A stretch of DNA of 64,000 nt from NCBI GenBank assembly GCA_965659435.1, contig CBFHVJ010000001.1:697-64696 (forward strand), in the 5' to 3' direction. Position numbers and translations under genes: made by a program. Within the stretch, counting starts at the first letter, position 1. The number at the start of each line of letters is the position of its first letter. Shown here piece by piece: positions 17,794 to 27,705 of the stretch. The stretch is from an uncultured Arcobacteraceae bacterium (GTDB taxonomy: Bacteria; Campylobacterota; Campylobacteria; Campylobacterales; Arcobacteraceae). Below the pieces are notes generated by a model, which worked only from the letters and a program-made list of their open reading frames with translations, had not been told where the DNA came from and did not search any database.

Positions 17794-20388
17794 CTAGTTA
17801 CCTTCAGCAATAACATCTTTAGCGAATTTTTGTAAAATTCCACCATTAGTGTAAACTTCAACTTCCGCCGAAGTATCTAATCTACATAATACAGGGAATT
17901 TAACAACATCTCCATTTGCTCGTGTCATAACAACAGTTAAGTCACATCTTGGAGAAATTTCACCTTCGATATCGAATGTTTCAGAACCATCAATAGCGTA
18001 AGTATGTCTTGTATCACCCTCTTTAAATTGTAATGGTAATACACCCATCCCAACTAAGTTTGTTCTGTGAATTCTCTCAACTGACTCAGCAATAAGAACT
18101 TCAACACCTGCAAGTCTAACACCTTTTGCAGCCCAATCTCTAGAAGATCCTTGACCATAGTTAGTACCAGCAATAATAATAAGTGGTTGTTTTCTATTTG
18201 TGTAAGTCTCAATCGCTTCCCACATTCTAGACTCAGTACCTTCTGGCATAATCTTCGTTAATGAACCTTGTTTTGTTTCACCATTTTCATCTTTAACCAT
18301 TTCATTAAATAGTTTTGGATTTGCTAATGTTGCTCTAGAAGCTGTATGGTGATCCCCTCTATGTGTTGCATAAGAGTTAAGGTCAGGAATAGGAAGACCT
18401 TTAGAGATACAATATTCACCAGAAGCAGAATCAGGTAAGATAGCATTTGATGGAGACAAGTGATCTGTTGTGATATTATCTGGGAATACACCTAATGGTC
18501 TCATACCTTTTAATGCTGGCATTTGCATATATTCATCTTCCCAGTAAGGAGGTTTATTAATATATGTAGAGTTTGTATTCCATCTGTAGAATGGATCAAC
18601 TTTAATATCACCTAATATTTCTCTTGCAAACATTGGTTCATAAATGTCGTTATACATTTCTGGTCTAACACACTCTTTTTCAACTGCATTAATTTGGGCA
18701 TCTGATGGCCATAAATCTTTTAATTTAATATCATTTCCATCTTTGTCTTGTCCAAGAACATCATTTTCAATATCAAATCTTACTGTTCCAGCTAGTGCAT
18801 ATGCAATAACTAAAGCAGGAGATGCCAAGAATGATTCTTTTACATAGGGATGGATTCTACCATCAAAATTTCTGTTTCCAGATAATACAGCAGTTGAATA
18901 GATATCTCTTTCAACAACTTCTTCTTGGATCTTAGGATCTAAAGCACCTGACATACCGTTACATGTAGTACAAGCAAATCCTACAACACCAAATCCAAGT
19001 TTTTCCATCTCAGGCAATAATCCAGCTTCTTTTAAATAAACTTCAATTACTTTTGAACCTGGCGCTAATGAAGATTTAACCCATGGTTTTCTTTTTAGTC
19101 CAAGTTCATTTGCTTTTTTAGCTAATAACCCAGCTGCGATTACATTTCTTGGATTTGAAGTATTTGTACATGAAGTAATAGCTGCAATTAAAATACCACC
19201 ATCAGGAATTAAATCACCTTCTTGAGTCCACTCTTTTACAATACCTTCTTCTTTTAAAGTTGAAGTTGGTACTAATTTATGAGGTTTAGATGGACCTGCT
19301 AAAGATCTTGTAACTTTTGATAAATCAAATTCAATTGTTCTAGCGTATGTAGCACCTTCAAATTGATCAGCCCATAAACCATTTGCTTTTGCATAAGCTT
19401 CAACTAACTTAACTTGCTCATGGTCTCTACCTGTTACTGTTAAGTAATCAATAGTTTGTTCATCAATAGCAAACATACCAGCTGATGCTCCATATTCAGG
19501 AGTCATATTTGCAATAGTAGCTCTATCACCTAAATTTAAGTATTGAATACCTGAACCATAGAACTCTAAGTAAGCAGAGATAACATTATTTTCTCTTAAG
19601 AATGCTGTCATTGCTAAAGCAATATCTGTTGCAGTAATACCTTCAGCTCTAACGCCAGTGATTTCAACACCAATGATTTCAGGAACTCTCATATAAGATG
19701 GGTTACCTAGCATTACATTTTCAGCTTCTAATCCACCAACACCTACTGCAATTACACCAAGTGCATCAACATGAGGAGTATGTGAGTCTGTACCAACTAA
19801 TGTATCAGGAGATGCAATACCTTCAATATTATGAATAACTGGAGACATTTTTTCTAAGTTAATTTGGTGCATAATACCATTTCCTGGAGGAATAACATCA
19901 ACATTGTTAAATGCTTCTTTAGTCCAGTTAATAAAGTGAAATCTATCTGCATTTCTTCTATCTTCAATATCTCTATTTTTTTGGAATGCATCTGGATCAA
20001 ATCCACCACATTCAACTGCTAATGAGTGGTCAACAATTAATTGAGTAGGAACTACTGGATTAACTTTATCTGGATTACCACCTTTAGATGCAACAGCTTC
20101 TCTTAAACCTGCAAGATCAACAAATGCTGTAAGACCAAGAATATCATGACAGATAACTCTTGATGGGTACCAAGGGAAATCTTTGTCAGTTCTTTTCTCA
20201 ATTAGTTGCACAAGTGAGTCTTTTAAATCTGCACTAGGGCACTTTCTAATTAAATTTTCTGCTAATACTCTTGAAGTATAGTTTAATTTTGCAAAAGAAC
20301 CAGGAGTGATATCTTCAACGGCAGCTTTTACATCATAAAAGCTTGTATCAAAACCTTCTAGTTTTTTTAAATATTGACTATTATCCAT
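17794..20388 (-). CDS. acnD: Fe/S-dependent 2-methylisocitrate dehydratase (aconitase family)
   Basis: 864 aa aconitase-family protein (GTDSHT, ITSCTNTSNP, CTTCNG cluster ligand motifs), flanked by prpC and prpF. Confidence 0.93.
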   Translation of the reverse strand: MDNSQYLKKLEGFDTSFYDVKAAVEDITPGSFAKLNYTSRVLAENLIRKCPSADLKDSLVQLIEKRTDKDFPWYPSRVICHDILGLTAFVDLAGLREAVASKGGNPDKVNPVVPTQLIVDHSLAVECGGFDPDAFQKNRDIEDRRNADRFHFINWTKEAFNNVDVIPPGNGIMHQINLEKMSPVIHNIEGIASPDTLVGTDSHTPHVDALGVIAVGVGGLEAENVMLGNPSYMRVPEIIGVEITGVRAEGITATDIALAMTAFLRENNVISAYLEFYGSGIQYLNLGDRATIANMTPEYGASAGMFAIDEQTIDYLTVTGRDHEQVKLVEAYAKANGLWADQFEGATYARTIEFDLSKVTRSLAGPSKPHKLVPTSTLKEEGIVKEWTQEGDLIPDGGILIAAITSCTNTSNPRNVIAAGLLAKKANELGLKRKPWVKSSLAPGSKVIEVYLKEAGLLPEMEKLGFGVVGFACTTCNGMSGALDPKIQEEVVERDIYSTAVLSGNRNFDGRIHPYVKESFLASPALVIAYALAGTVRFDIENDVLGQDKDGNDIKLKDLWPSDAQINAVEKECVRPEMYNDIYEPMFAREILGDIKVDPFYRWNTNSTYINKPPYWEDEYMQMPALKGMRPLGVFPDNITTDHLSPSNAILPDSASGEYCISKGLPIPDLNSYATHRGDHHTASRATLANPKLFNEMVKDENGETKQGSLTKIMPEGTESRMWEAIETYTNRKQPLIIIAGTNYGQGSSRDWAAKGVRLAGVEVLIAESVERIHRTNLVGMGVLPLQFKEGDTRHTYAIDGSETFDIEGEISPRCDLTVVMTRANGDVVKFPVLCRLDTSAEVEVYTNGGILQKFAKDVIAEGN

Positions 20389-20395
20389 ATTACTC

Positions 20396-21544
20396 CTATC
20401 CTCTTTGTGCTAATGGTACAAATTTAAGATCTTCAGGACCTACATAAGTTGCTGATGGTCTAATAATTTTTCCATCTTCTCTTTGCTCAATAACATGTGC
20501 TCCCCATCCTGAAACTCTTGATATAACAAAAATAGGTGTAAACATATCTGTTGGTACTCCCATTTGATTATATGATACAGCTGAGAACCAATCAAGATTT
20601 GGGAACATTTTCTTTTCATCCCACATAATCTCTTCTAGTCTTGCAGCAACATCGAACATCAACATATCATCATTCTCTTCAGATAGTGATCTAGCAACCT
20701 CTTTAATCACTACATTTCTTGGATCACTACTTGTGTATACAGGGTGTCCAAATCCAATAATGATCTCTTTTCTTGCCATTCTCTCTTTGATATCTTTTTC
20801 AGCTTCATCTGCACTTGAATATCTCTCTTGAATTCTAAATGCTTCTTCATTAGCTCCACCATGCTTAGGACCTCTTAATGCTCCTATTGCTCCAGTAACA
20901 GCTGAATGCATATCTGAATTTGTTCCAGCAATTACTCTTGATGTAAATGTTGAGGCATTAAACTCATGCTCTGCATAAAGGATTAATGATATATGCATCG
21001 CTTTAATCCACGAATCACTTGGTTTTTTACCATGCAATAGATGTAAAAAATGAGCCGCAATTGTATCATCATCTGTTTGAAGTTCAATTCTCTTTCCATT
21101 ATGACTAAAGTGATACCAATATAAAAGAATTGATCCAAATGATGCCATTAATCTATCAACAATATTTTGTGCTTCATCTTTTGGATGAGCTTGATCTTCT
21201 GGTTCCATACAACCAAGAGCTGCACAACCTGTTCTCATTACATCCATTGGATGAGTATCTTTTGGTAATTGTTCTAATACAACTTTTACACCATTTGGTA
21301 GATCTCTATATGTTTTCAGTTTTGCTTTATATGCATCAAGTTCAGCTTTATTTGGTAATTTTTCATGAATTAAAAGATATGCGATCTCTTCAAACTCTGC
21401 TTGTGTAGCAAATTCTAAGATATCATATCCTCTATAATGTAAATCATTACCAGTTTTACCTACAGTACAAATTGCTGTATTTCCAGCAGCTGTTCCAGAT
21501 AATGCAACCGATTTTTTTGGCTTAAATCCTGTGGCTGTACTCAT
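20396..21544 (-). CDS. prpC: 2-methylcitrate synthase
   Basis: Citrate-synthase family ([16 protein letters not shown]) within a prp cluster. Confidence 0.93.
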   Translation of the reverse strand: MSTATGFKPKKSVALSGTAAGNTAICTVGKTGNDLHYRGYDILEFATQAEFEEIAYLLIHEKLPNKAELDAYKAKLKTYRDLPNGVKVVLEQLPKDTHPMDVMRTGCAALGCMEPEDQAHPKDEAQNIVDRLMASFGSILLYWYHFSHNGKRIELQTDDDTIAAHFLHLLHGKKPSDSWIKAMHISLILYAEHEFNASTFTSRVIAGTNSDMHSAVTGAIGALRGPKHGGANEEAFRIQERYSSADEAEKDIKERMARKEIIIGFGHPVYTSSDPRNVVIKEVARSLSEENDDMLMFDVAARLEEIMWDEKKMFPNLDWFSAVSYNQMGVPTDMFTPIFVISRVSGWGAHVIEQREDGKIIRPSATYVGPEDLKFVPLAQRG

Positions 21545-21555
21545 CTTATTACCCC

Positions 21556-22437
21556 TTATTTTTTACCAGCAAATAATTCATCTAATTTTTGTTCAAACTT
21601 ATGGTAACCTAACATATCATATAGTTCCATTCTTGTTTGCATAGTATGTACCTTAGCTTCTACTGTTCCCTTATCATGAAGTTCTTTGTATATATCAAGT
21701 GCTGCTTGATTCATCGCTCTAAATGCTGTTAGTGGATATAAAACCATATCAATACCAACTGATGATAACTCTTCTGTTGTAAAGTATGGAGTTTTTCCAA
21801 ATTCAGTAATATTTGCTAATACTGGTACATCAATTTGATCTGTAAACTCTTTATACTCTTCAAGTGTATGAATTGCTTCAGCAAAGATCATATCTGCTCC
21901 AGCTTCAACATAAGCATGTGCTCTATCAAGTGTAGCTTGTTGCCCTTCACTTGCATGTGCATCAGTTCTTGCCATGATTACAAATTCTGAATCATATTTA
22001 CCATCAACTGCTGCTTTTAATCTATCACACATCTCTTGAGTTGAAACTAACTCTTTATTTGGTCTATGTCCACATCTTTTTTGTGCAACTTGATCTTCCA
22101 TATGAACTGCTGCAACACCAGCTCTTGTAAACTCTTTAATTGCTCTTGTGATGTTAAATGCTCCACCCCATCCAGTATCAATATCTACTAATAATGGTAA
22201 ATCAGTTGCTCCTGTGATTCTTGATGCATCAATTAAAACATCTTGCATAGTTGTTACACCTAAATCTGGTAAACCATATGATGCATTTGCTACACCACCA
22301 CCTGATAAATAAACCGCTTTATGTCCTACTGCTTCTGCTTGTAATGCTTGGTATGCATTAATAGTTCCTACAATTTGTAATGGGTCATTATCTCTTACTG
22401 CGTCTCTAAATCTTTTTCCTGCACTTACTGTTGTCAT
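21556..22437 (-). CDS. prpB: Methylisocitrate lyase
   Basis: 293 aa ICL/PEP-mutase family ([17 protein letters not shown]), placed between prpE and prpC. Confidence 0.93.
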   Translation of the reverse strand: MTTVSAGKRFRDAVRDNDPLQIVGTINAYQALQAEAVGHKAVYLSGGGVANASYGLPDLGVTTMQDVLIDASRITGATDLPLLVDIDTGWGGAFNITRAIKEFTRAGVAAVHMEDQVAQKRCGHRPNKELVSTQEMCDRLKAAVDGKYDSEFVIMARTDAHASEGQQATLDRAHAYVEAGADMIFAEAIHTLEEYKEFTDQIDVPVLANITEFGKTPYFTTEELSSVGIDMVLYPLTAFRAMNQAALDIYKELHDKGTVEAKVHTMQTRMELYDMLGYHKFEQKLDELFAGKK

Positions 22438-22467
22438 TTTTTATTCCTTTATTTTTAAATTAATTTA

Positions 22468-24363
22468 TTATTTTTTTGGGTAACCAAGCGATTTTATAGC
22501 TTCTGCTATCTCCGGTAATACACTTTCATCTTCAATTGTTGATGGCATATTCCACTCTTTTCCATCAGCAATACTTCTCATAGTACCTCTTAATATCTTA
22601 CCAGATCTTGTTTTTGGTAATTTATTTACAACTGTTACAAGTTTTAATGCAGCAACAGCACCAATCTCCTGTCTAACAAGAGCAACAACTTCTTTTGAAA
22701 CATCATCATATGATTTTGTTACACCATCTTTTAGCACAACAAATCCCATTGGAAGTTCACCTTTAAGTTCATCATTTACACCAATTACAGCACATTCTGC
22801 AACATCTGCATGGTTTGATATAATCTCTTCCATCTCACCAGTTGAAAGTCTATGACCAGCTACATTGATAACTCCATCAATTCTACCCATTACCCATACA
22901 TATCCATCTTCATCAATGTATCCACTATCTCCTGCTAAATAGTATCCTGGGTAATCACTTAAATATGATTTTTTGAATCTTTCAGTGTCATCCCAAATAC
23001 CCATAAGACATGATGGTGGTAATGGAAGTTTTAAACAAAGGTTACCAAGTTCTCCTGGTTTACATTCATTTCCTTCTGCATCTAAAATTTTAAGATCAAA
23101 TCCTACCATTGGTTTAGTTGGACTTCCAGCTTTTACTTTCATTGGATCAAGTCCAAGAGGATTAGCTGCAATTGCCCAACCAGTTTCTGTTTGCCACCAA
23201 TGATCAATCACTTCTTTACCTGTAATATCTCTTGTCCAGTGTAATGTATCACTATCACACCTTTCACCTGCAACAAAGATTGATTGCAATGAACTTAAAT
23301 CATATTTCTTTGCATATTCTCCAGTTGGATCTTCTTTTTTAATAGCTCTAAATGCAGTAGGAGCTGTAAATAAAATATTTGCTTTATACTCTTCACAAGC
23401 TCTCCAAAATGCTCCTGGATCTGGAGTACGAACTGGTTTACCCTCATAAAGAATAGTTGTACATCCACTTAATAATGGTGCATATACAATGTATGAATGT
23501 CCAACAACCCAACCAACATCACTAGCTGCCCAGAAAACATCGCCTTCCTTTACATTGTAGATATTTTTCATAGACCATTTCATGGCAACAGCATGTCCAC
23601 CATTACTTCTAATTACACCTTTTGGCTTTCCAGTAGTTCCTGAAGTATAAAGAATATAAAGAGGATCAATAGCATCAACTTCTGTACATCCAACAGGATC
23701 TGTATTTGCTTCTGCTTCTTTCCAATCAATATCTCTTGTTGGTAGCATACTACAAATTGCTTCTTCCCTTTGCCAAATAAGACATTTTTCAGGTTTATGT
23801 GATGACTTTTTAATAGCTTCATCTAGAAGTGGTTTATATTCAATTACCTTTGAAACCTCTACCCCACATGATGCACTTATAAGCATCTTCGGTGAAGCAT
23901 CTTCTATTCTAGTTGCAAGCTCATGTGCAGCAAATCCACCAAATACTACTGAGTGGATAGCTCCAATTCTTGCACAAGCAAGCATTGCAATTGCAGCTTC
24001 TGCAATCATTGGCATATAGATAACAACTCTGTCACCTTTTACAATACCATTTTCGCTTAAGATACCAGCAACTTTTGCTACTCTGTCTCTAAGCTCATTA
24101 TATGTATATTGCTCTTTTTTATTTGTCACTGGAGAATCATAAATAAGTGCTAGTTGATCTCCTAGTCCATTTTCAATATGAATATCAAGTGCGTTATAAC
24201 AAGTATTTAGTCTTCCTCCTTTAAACCATCGATAATAGTCATCTTCTTCAGTAAGTACTTTATCCCACTTTTTAAACCAATGAATATCTTCAGCAGCCTC
24301 TGCCCAAAATTCTTCTGGATTTACTATAGAGTTTTTGTATACATCATCATATAATTTTCCCAT
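22468..24363 (-). CDS. prpE: Propionate-CoA ligase (acyl-CoA synthetase, Acs family)
   Basis: 631 aa with the AMP-binding motif YTSGTTGKPKG. It is the first gene of the prp cluster. Confidence 0.88.
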   Translation of the reverse strand: MGKLYDDVYKNSIVNPEEFWAEAAEDIHWFKKWDKVLTEEDDYYRWFKGGRLNTCYNALDIHIENGLGDQLALIYDSPVTNKKEQYTYNELRDRVAKVAGILSENGIVKGDRVVIYMPMIAEAAIAMLACARIGAIHSVVFGGFAAHELATRIEDASPKMLISASCGVEVSKVIEYKPLLDEAIKKSSHKPEKCLIWQREEAICSMLPTRDIDWKEAEANTDPVGCTEVDAIDPLYILYTSGTTGKPKGVIRSNGGHAVAMKWSMKNIYNVKEGDVFWAASDVGWVVGHSYIVYAPLLSGCTTILYEGKPVRTPDPGAFWRACEEYKANILFTAPTAFRAIKKEDPTGEYAKKYDLSSLQSIFVAGERCDSDTLHWTRDITGKEVIDHWWQTETGWAIAANPLGLDPMKVKAGSPTKPMVGFDLKILDAEGNECKPGELGNLCLKLPLPPSCLMGIWDDTERFKKSYLSDYPGYYLAGDSGYIDEDGYVWVMGRIDGVINVAGHRLSTGEMEEIISNHADVAECAVIGVNDELKGELPMGFVVLKDGVTKSYDDVSKEVVALVRQEIGAVAALKLVTVVNKLPKTRSGKILRGTMRSIADGKEWNMPSTIEDESVLPEIAEAIKSLGYPKK

Positions 24364-24470
24364 TGTTATTCATCCTTTTTTGATCTATAACTATAATATC
24401 ACATTTCACAATTTTTGTGTTGTATTAAAAATGAATTATTTCTGTAACTTCTGATCAATATAAATACACT

Positions 24471-24510
24471 ATGTACTTTATTGTACTTTATGTATAGAAA
24501 TTGTACAATT
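24471..24510. promoter_or_regulatory. Phased TGTA-containing repeats plus 12-bp palindrome AATTGTACAATT in the prpE / HTH-gene divergent intergenic region (candidate operator)
   Basis: The sequence aTGTACTTTA tTGTACTTTA TGTATAGAAA tTGTACAATT has TGTA at 24472, 24482, 24491 and 24502, roughly one helical turn apart. The perfect palindrome is at 24499-24510. Confidence 0.35.
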
Positions 24511-24532
24511 CATAATATTCATTTTAAGGTGT

Positions 24533-25489
24533 GTGGTTTTGTATAAAAATTTAATGGATAAAGTTATAGATATCTATAATCGTTCTGAACTTAGTATTTC
24601 AAAATTTGCAAAAATTATAGATAAAGATCGAAGAACTGTAAGTTCATGGGTAAATAAAGAAGTAACTGTTGAACCTAAAAGAGAAGTTCTTGATAAAATA
24701 GCAAAGTTTTTTAGATATCCAGACTATGTTTGGAATGAGAATTGTCAGGCAGATGAATTTATAAAAGCGATTACAGCTATACCTTCAAAAGATGTTAAAA
24801 TTATTGATGAAGACCCGGAAAATCGTCTAAAATACATACTTAATAGAGAATCTCAACAACGGTTAGTGATCCATCCAAAATTCCCTGGTCCAGTTTACAG
24901 AGATGCAGTTAATGTTAAAGGACTCGAAGATGAAGAAACAAGCCATAATCTAAAAAAACTAAGAGCTACAAGAATTGATAAAATGCTGTCATATTCATAT
25001 AAAAGTGATGAGTGGTATGACATTAAATCATTATTGAGTTTTTGTTTTAGTACTATAGGAAACTTTTATACAAAAGATGAAAAAATTGCTATTTTAGATC
25101 TTATGTACGATACATTCCATGACAACTATAATAAACATCTATTTTTATATGATTCATTTTCAAAAAAAATATATGGAATGGATACTATGTATACTTCTAT
25201 TATGATACAACAAGGGATGATGTTTTTTAAATCACCCTTAGAGTCTGTATTTATTGAGATTCAAAATCAAGAGATTGTGGATAAAATGCATAAATATTTT
25301 ACATCAGGGAAAGAAGCTCCCTCACATATTCCACCATATGATGCAACAAAAATTCTAAAAATTTTAAAAGATGCTATTACAAAAAACTTAGATCTTTTCG
25401 ATACTTATAGAGTAATCAATGAACAAACACCTTATGGGATGTTTATTAAAAACAATATAAGTACATCATATCACGATAAACTATCGTAA
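24533..25489 (+). CDS. Putative transcriptional regulator: N-terminal XRE-type HTH plus uncharacterised ~250-aa C-terminal domain
   Basis: The N-terminus, SELSISKFAKIIDKDRRTVSSWVNK, is HTH_XRE-like. I recognise nothing in the rest. The start is uncertain: GTG 24533, TTG 24539 (7 nt after AAGGTG) or ATG 24554. Confidence 0.6.
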   Translation: MVLYKNLMDKVIDIYNRSELSISKFAKIIDKDRRTVSSWVNKEVTVEPKREVLDKIAKFFRYPDYVWNENCQADEFIKAITAIPSKDVKIIDEDPENRLKYILNRESQQRLVIHPKFPGPVYRDAVNVKGLEDEETSHNLKKLRATRIDKMLSYSYKSDEWYDIKSLLSFCFSTIGNFYTKDEKIAILDLMYDTFHDNYNKHLFLYDSFSKKIYGMDTMYTSIMIQQGMMFFKSPLESVFIEIQNQEIVDKMHKYFTSGKEAPSHIPPYDATKILKILKDAITKNLDLFDTYRVINEQTPYGMFIKNNISTSYHDKLS

Positions 25490-25493
25490 TAAT

Positions 25494-25519
25494 GCTAATT
25501 ACAAATAGTTTTAATTAGC
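25494..25519. terminator. Weak AT-rich stem-loop (GCTAATTA-N10-TAATTAGC) between convergent genes
   Basis: 8-bp perfect inverted repeat read directly. The right arm overlaps the stop of the 103-aa ORF. There is no strong U-tract. Confidence 0.25.
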
Positions 25520-25822
25520 GTTTGGATCAAATCCAGGAGTTTGATCTCCATTTAACTCTTTATCAATCTCTTCTTGATATTTTTCTTGATATTCCATCAT
25601 AGCAACTCTTAACTCTTGCATATGAGCAGGACTAACATCATCAGCTGAACTCCATTCAACTTCAATATCATTTCCATAACCTTCACCCATCTCTTGTATT
25701 TTACTAGAAAAGTTTTCTAAGTCTTCACATCTAACTGTTGTAGATTCTAAAGTATCAGTTAGTTCAATACACCAACCACCAATTCCATTATTTTTTAATA
25801 CTGCTTCAAACTTTACTGCCAA
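25511..25822 (-). CDS. Hypothetical acidic 103-aa protein
   Basis: TTG start with AAAGGA 6 nt upstream (AAAGGAATAATTTTGGCAGTA). It lies 19 nt downstream of the UbiD-family gene. I recognise no family. Confidence 0.6.
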   Translation of the reverse strand: MAVKFEAVLKNNGIGGWCIELTDTLESTTVRCEDLENFSSKIQEMGEGYGNDIEVEWSSADDVSPAHMQELRVAMMEYQEKYQEEIDKELNGDQTPGFDPNAN

Positions 25823-25841
25823 AATTATTCCTTTTTATTTA

Positions 25842-27662
25842 TTATACTAATCCAAATTTTTTTATAAATTGATCTGAGATATCTAAAATGCCTCTTTTTC
25901 TTAGATCATCAATCACACTTTTTGTACAAACTACATCATCTGGCCATCTTCTTTGAAAATTATCATATGAATTTTTATTTGTAGCATCAATTCCAACTGT
26001 AGCACCATCTACAAAGATATCTCTTTGTGCATCAATATTATTTACAACTCTCCATACAAGCATATACTCATTTGATAGGTCATTATTTTTTTCATCAATG
26101 ATTATTAAAATTTTAATATGACTAAATAGAGGTTTTAATTCATCAAAAAGATATTTTTGAGATCTATTTTTATCTACTGTTACAATAGTGATAGGGTTCT
26201 TTGTATCTGTATAGTATTGTTTTAGATCTTTTATATCAGATGAAATCTCTTGAGCTTTTTTCTTAAGCTCATCAGTTGTAAGTAATGTAATTCCACTTTC
26301 AGTTACCTCATCACCTGTACAGTCAAGCCCTAGCTTTCCACCAAGTGCAAATCTTGGTGAACTATGATCGAGTGCATCAACTACACCTTTTGAAACAAGC
26401 ATCTCTTGCACATCAAATCTATTTAATATCCACTTTGTAATATTTTCATCATCATGAAGTTCCGGAGCATCTTCACCTACAAAGATTGCATGTTTAACAA
26501 AACTCATTTGACCTACACCCCAAAATGCGTGCATCATCTGTTGTGCATGCCCTGGATATGCTGTTTTAATTTTTGCCAAAATTAAATTATGGAACACACC
26601 ATTTTCAGGCATATAGTAGTCAATCAAATCAGGTGCTGTTGTTTTAAGTAATGGTAAGAATATTCTTTCTGTTGCATAACCCATATACTTGTCTTCAAGT
26701 GGTGGTTTACCTACAACTGTTGCAGCAAATGTAGGTTTTTTTCTACTTGTAATTGCAGTTACATCCATAAGTGGATAGTCTTCTTCTAAAGTATAGTAAC
26801 CAGTATGGTCACCAAATGGACCTTCTATTTTAAGTACTTCTGGATCTACAAAACCTTCAATAACAAAATCAACATCATGTGGTACATAAATATCATTTGT
26901 GATTGATTTTACAAGGCGTGCATTCTCTTTCTTTACAAATCCATATAATAATAATTCAAATATTCCTATAGGAAGTGGTGCTTGTCCACACCAAATATAC
27001 ATAGGATCTCCACCAATACCAATAGATACTGGCATCTTCTTTCCAGCTTTCTTATATTCATGGAAGAAATGATTTGAATCTTTATGAATTTGCCAATGCA
27101 TACCTAATTGACCATCATTATACATCTGTAATCTATACATACCAACATTTTGCATCTTGCCATCTAAGCTTTGTGTATACACTTGACCCATAGTAATAAA
27201 TGGTCCACCATCTTGTTCCCAAGTAGTTAGTATTGGAAGATCAGATAATTTAATATCATCGCCAGTTTTAATAATTTGTTGACATTCACCTTTTCCATTT
27301 AGTCTTTTTGGTGGAACATTTTTTAGATCAAATAGTTTTCCAAACATTGCAATCTTATCACTAAAACCTTGAGGTGGCTTCATCTTTAATAGTGATTCAA
27401 TCTCTTGGGCTATTGCATCTGCATCACCAATTAAAAGCTTTACAGCTTCTGGAGAACAAAAGATATTCATTAATACTGGAGTATCAAATGTTTTATCATT
27501 TTTTCTGTCAATTGGATTTGTAAATAGTAAAGCTTTACTATCCTCTTTTTTCACTTCAACATAAGCAATATGTGGAATTTCAAGATAAATATCAAGAGGC
27601 TCGTCAATGATTCTTAAAAGGTCATTGTCCTTTAGTAGTTGTATAGTTTTATCTGCATTCAT
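25842..27662 (-). CDS. UbiD-family (prFMN-dependent) decarboxylase, menaquinone-biosynthesis decarboxylase type
   Basis: 606 aa with GGPFITMG, NVGMYR.Q, GGDP and EGPFGDHTGYY motifs of UbiD enzymes. Confidence 0.88.
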   Translation of the reverse strand: MNADKTIQLLKDNDLLRIIDEPLDIYLEIPHIAYVEVKKEDSKALLFTNPIDRKNDKTFDTPVLMNIFCSPEAVKLLIGDADAIAQEIESLLKMKPPQGFSDKIAMFGKLFDLKNVPPKRLNGKGECQQIIKTGDDIKLSDLPILTTWEQDGGPFITMGQVYTQSLDGKMQNVGMYRLQMYNDGQLGMHWQIHKDSNHFFHEYKKAGKKMPVSIGIGGDPMYIWCGQAPLPIGIFELLLYGFVKKENARLVKSITNDIYVPHDVDFVIEGFVDPEVLKIEGPFGDHTGYYTLEEDYPLMDVTAITSRKKPTFAATVVGKPPLEDKYMGYATERIFLPLLKTTAPDLIDYYMPENGVFHNLILAKIKTAYPGHAQQMMHAFWGVGQMSFVKHAIFVGEDAPELHDDENITKWILNRFDVQEMLVSKGVVDALDHSSPRFALGGKLGLDCTGDEVTESGITLLTTDELKKKAQEISSDIKDLKQYYTDTKNPITIVTVDKNRSQKYLFDELKPLFSHIKILIIIDEKNNDLSNEYMLVWRVVNNIDAQRDIFVDGATVGIDATNKNSYDNFQRRWPDDVVCTKSVIDDLRKRGILDISDQFIKKFGLV

Positions 27663-27705
27663 AGTAAAGATTGTATCTTAGAATAAGTAAATAGTGGTTT
27701 AACTA

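Noticed and set aside
21130-21408. A 92-aa plus-strand ORF lies inside prpC. The track also lists similar short internal ORFs at 1119-1313, 6796-6999, 9740-9925, 10652-10837, 11679-11879, 13621-13845, 14142-14333, 16090-16299, 18644-18847, 22973-23203, 23613-23822, 30891-31079, 34731-35024, 35125-35325, 36969-37178, 41774-42004, 47682-47879, 49810-50028, 59308-59589, 60531-60731, 60856-61104, 62556-62741 and 63603-63812.
   Set aside because: All are nested in, or antisense to, well-supported conserved genes. They lack ribosome-binding sites and have shadow-frame composition.
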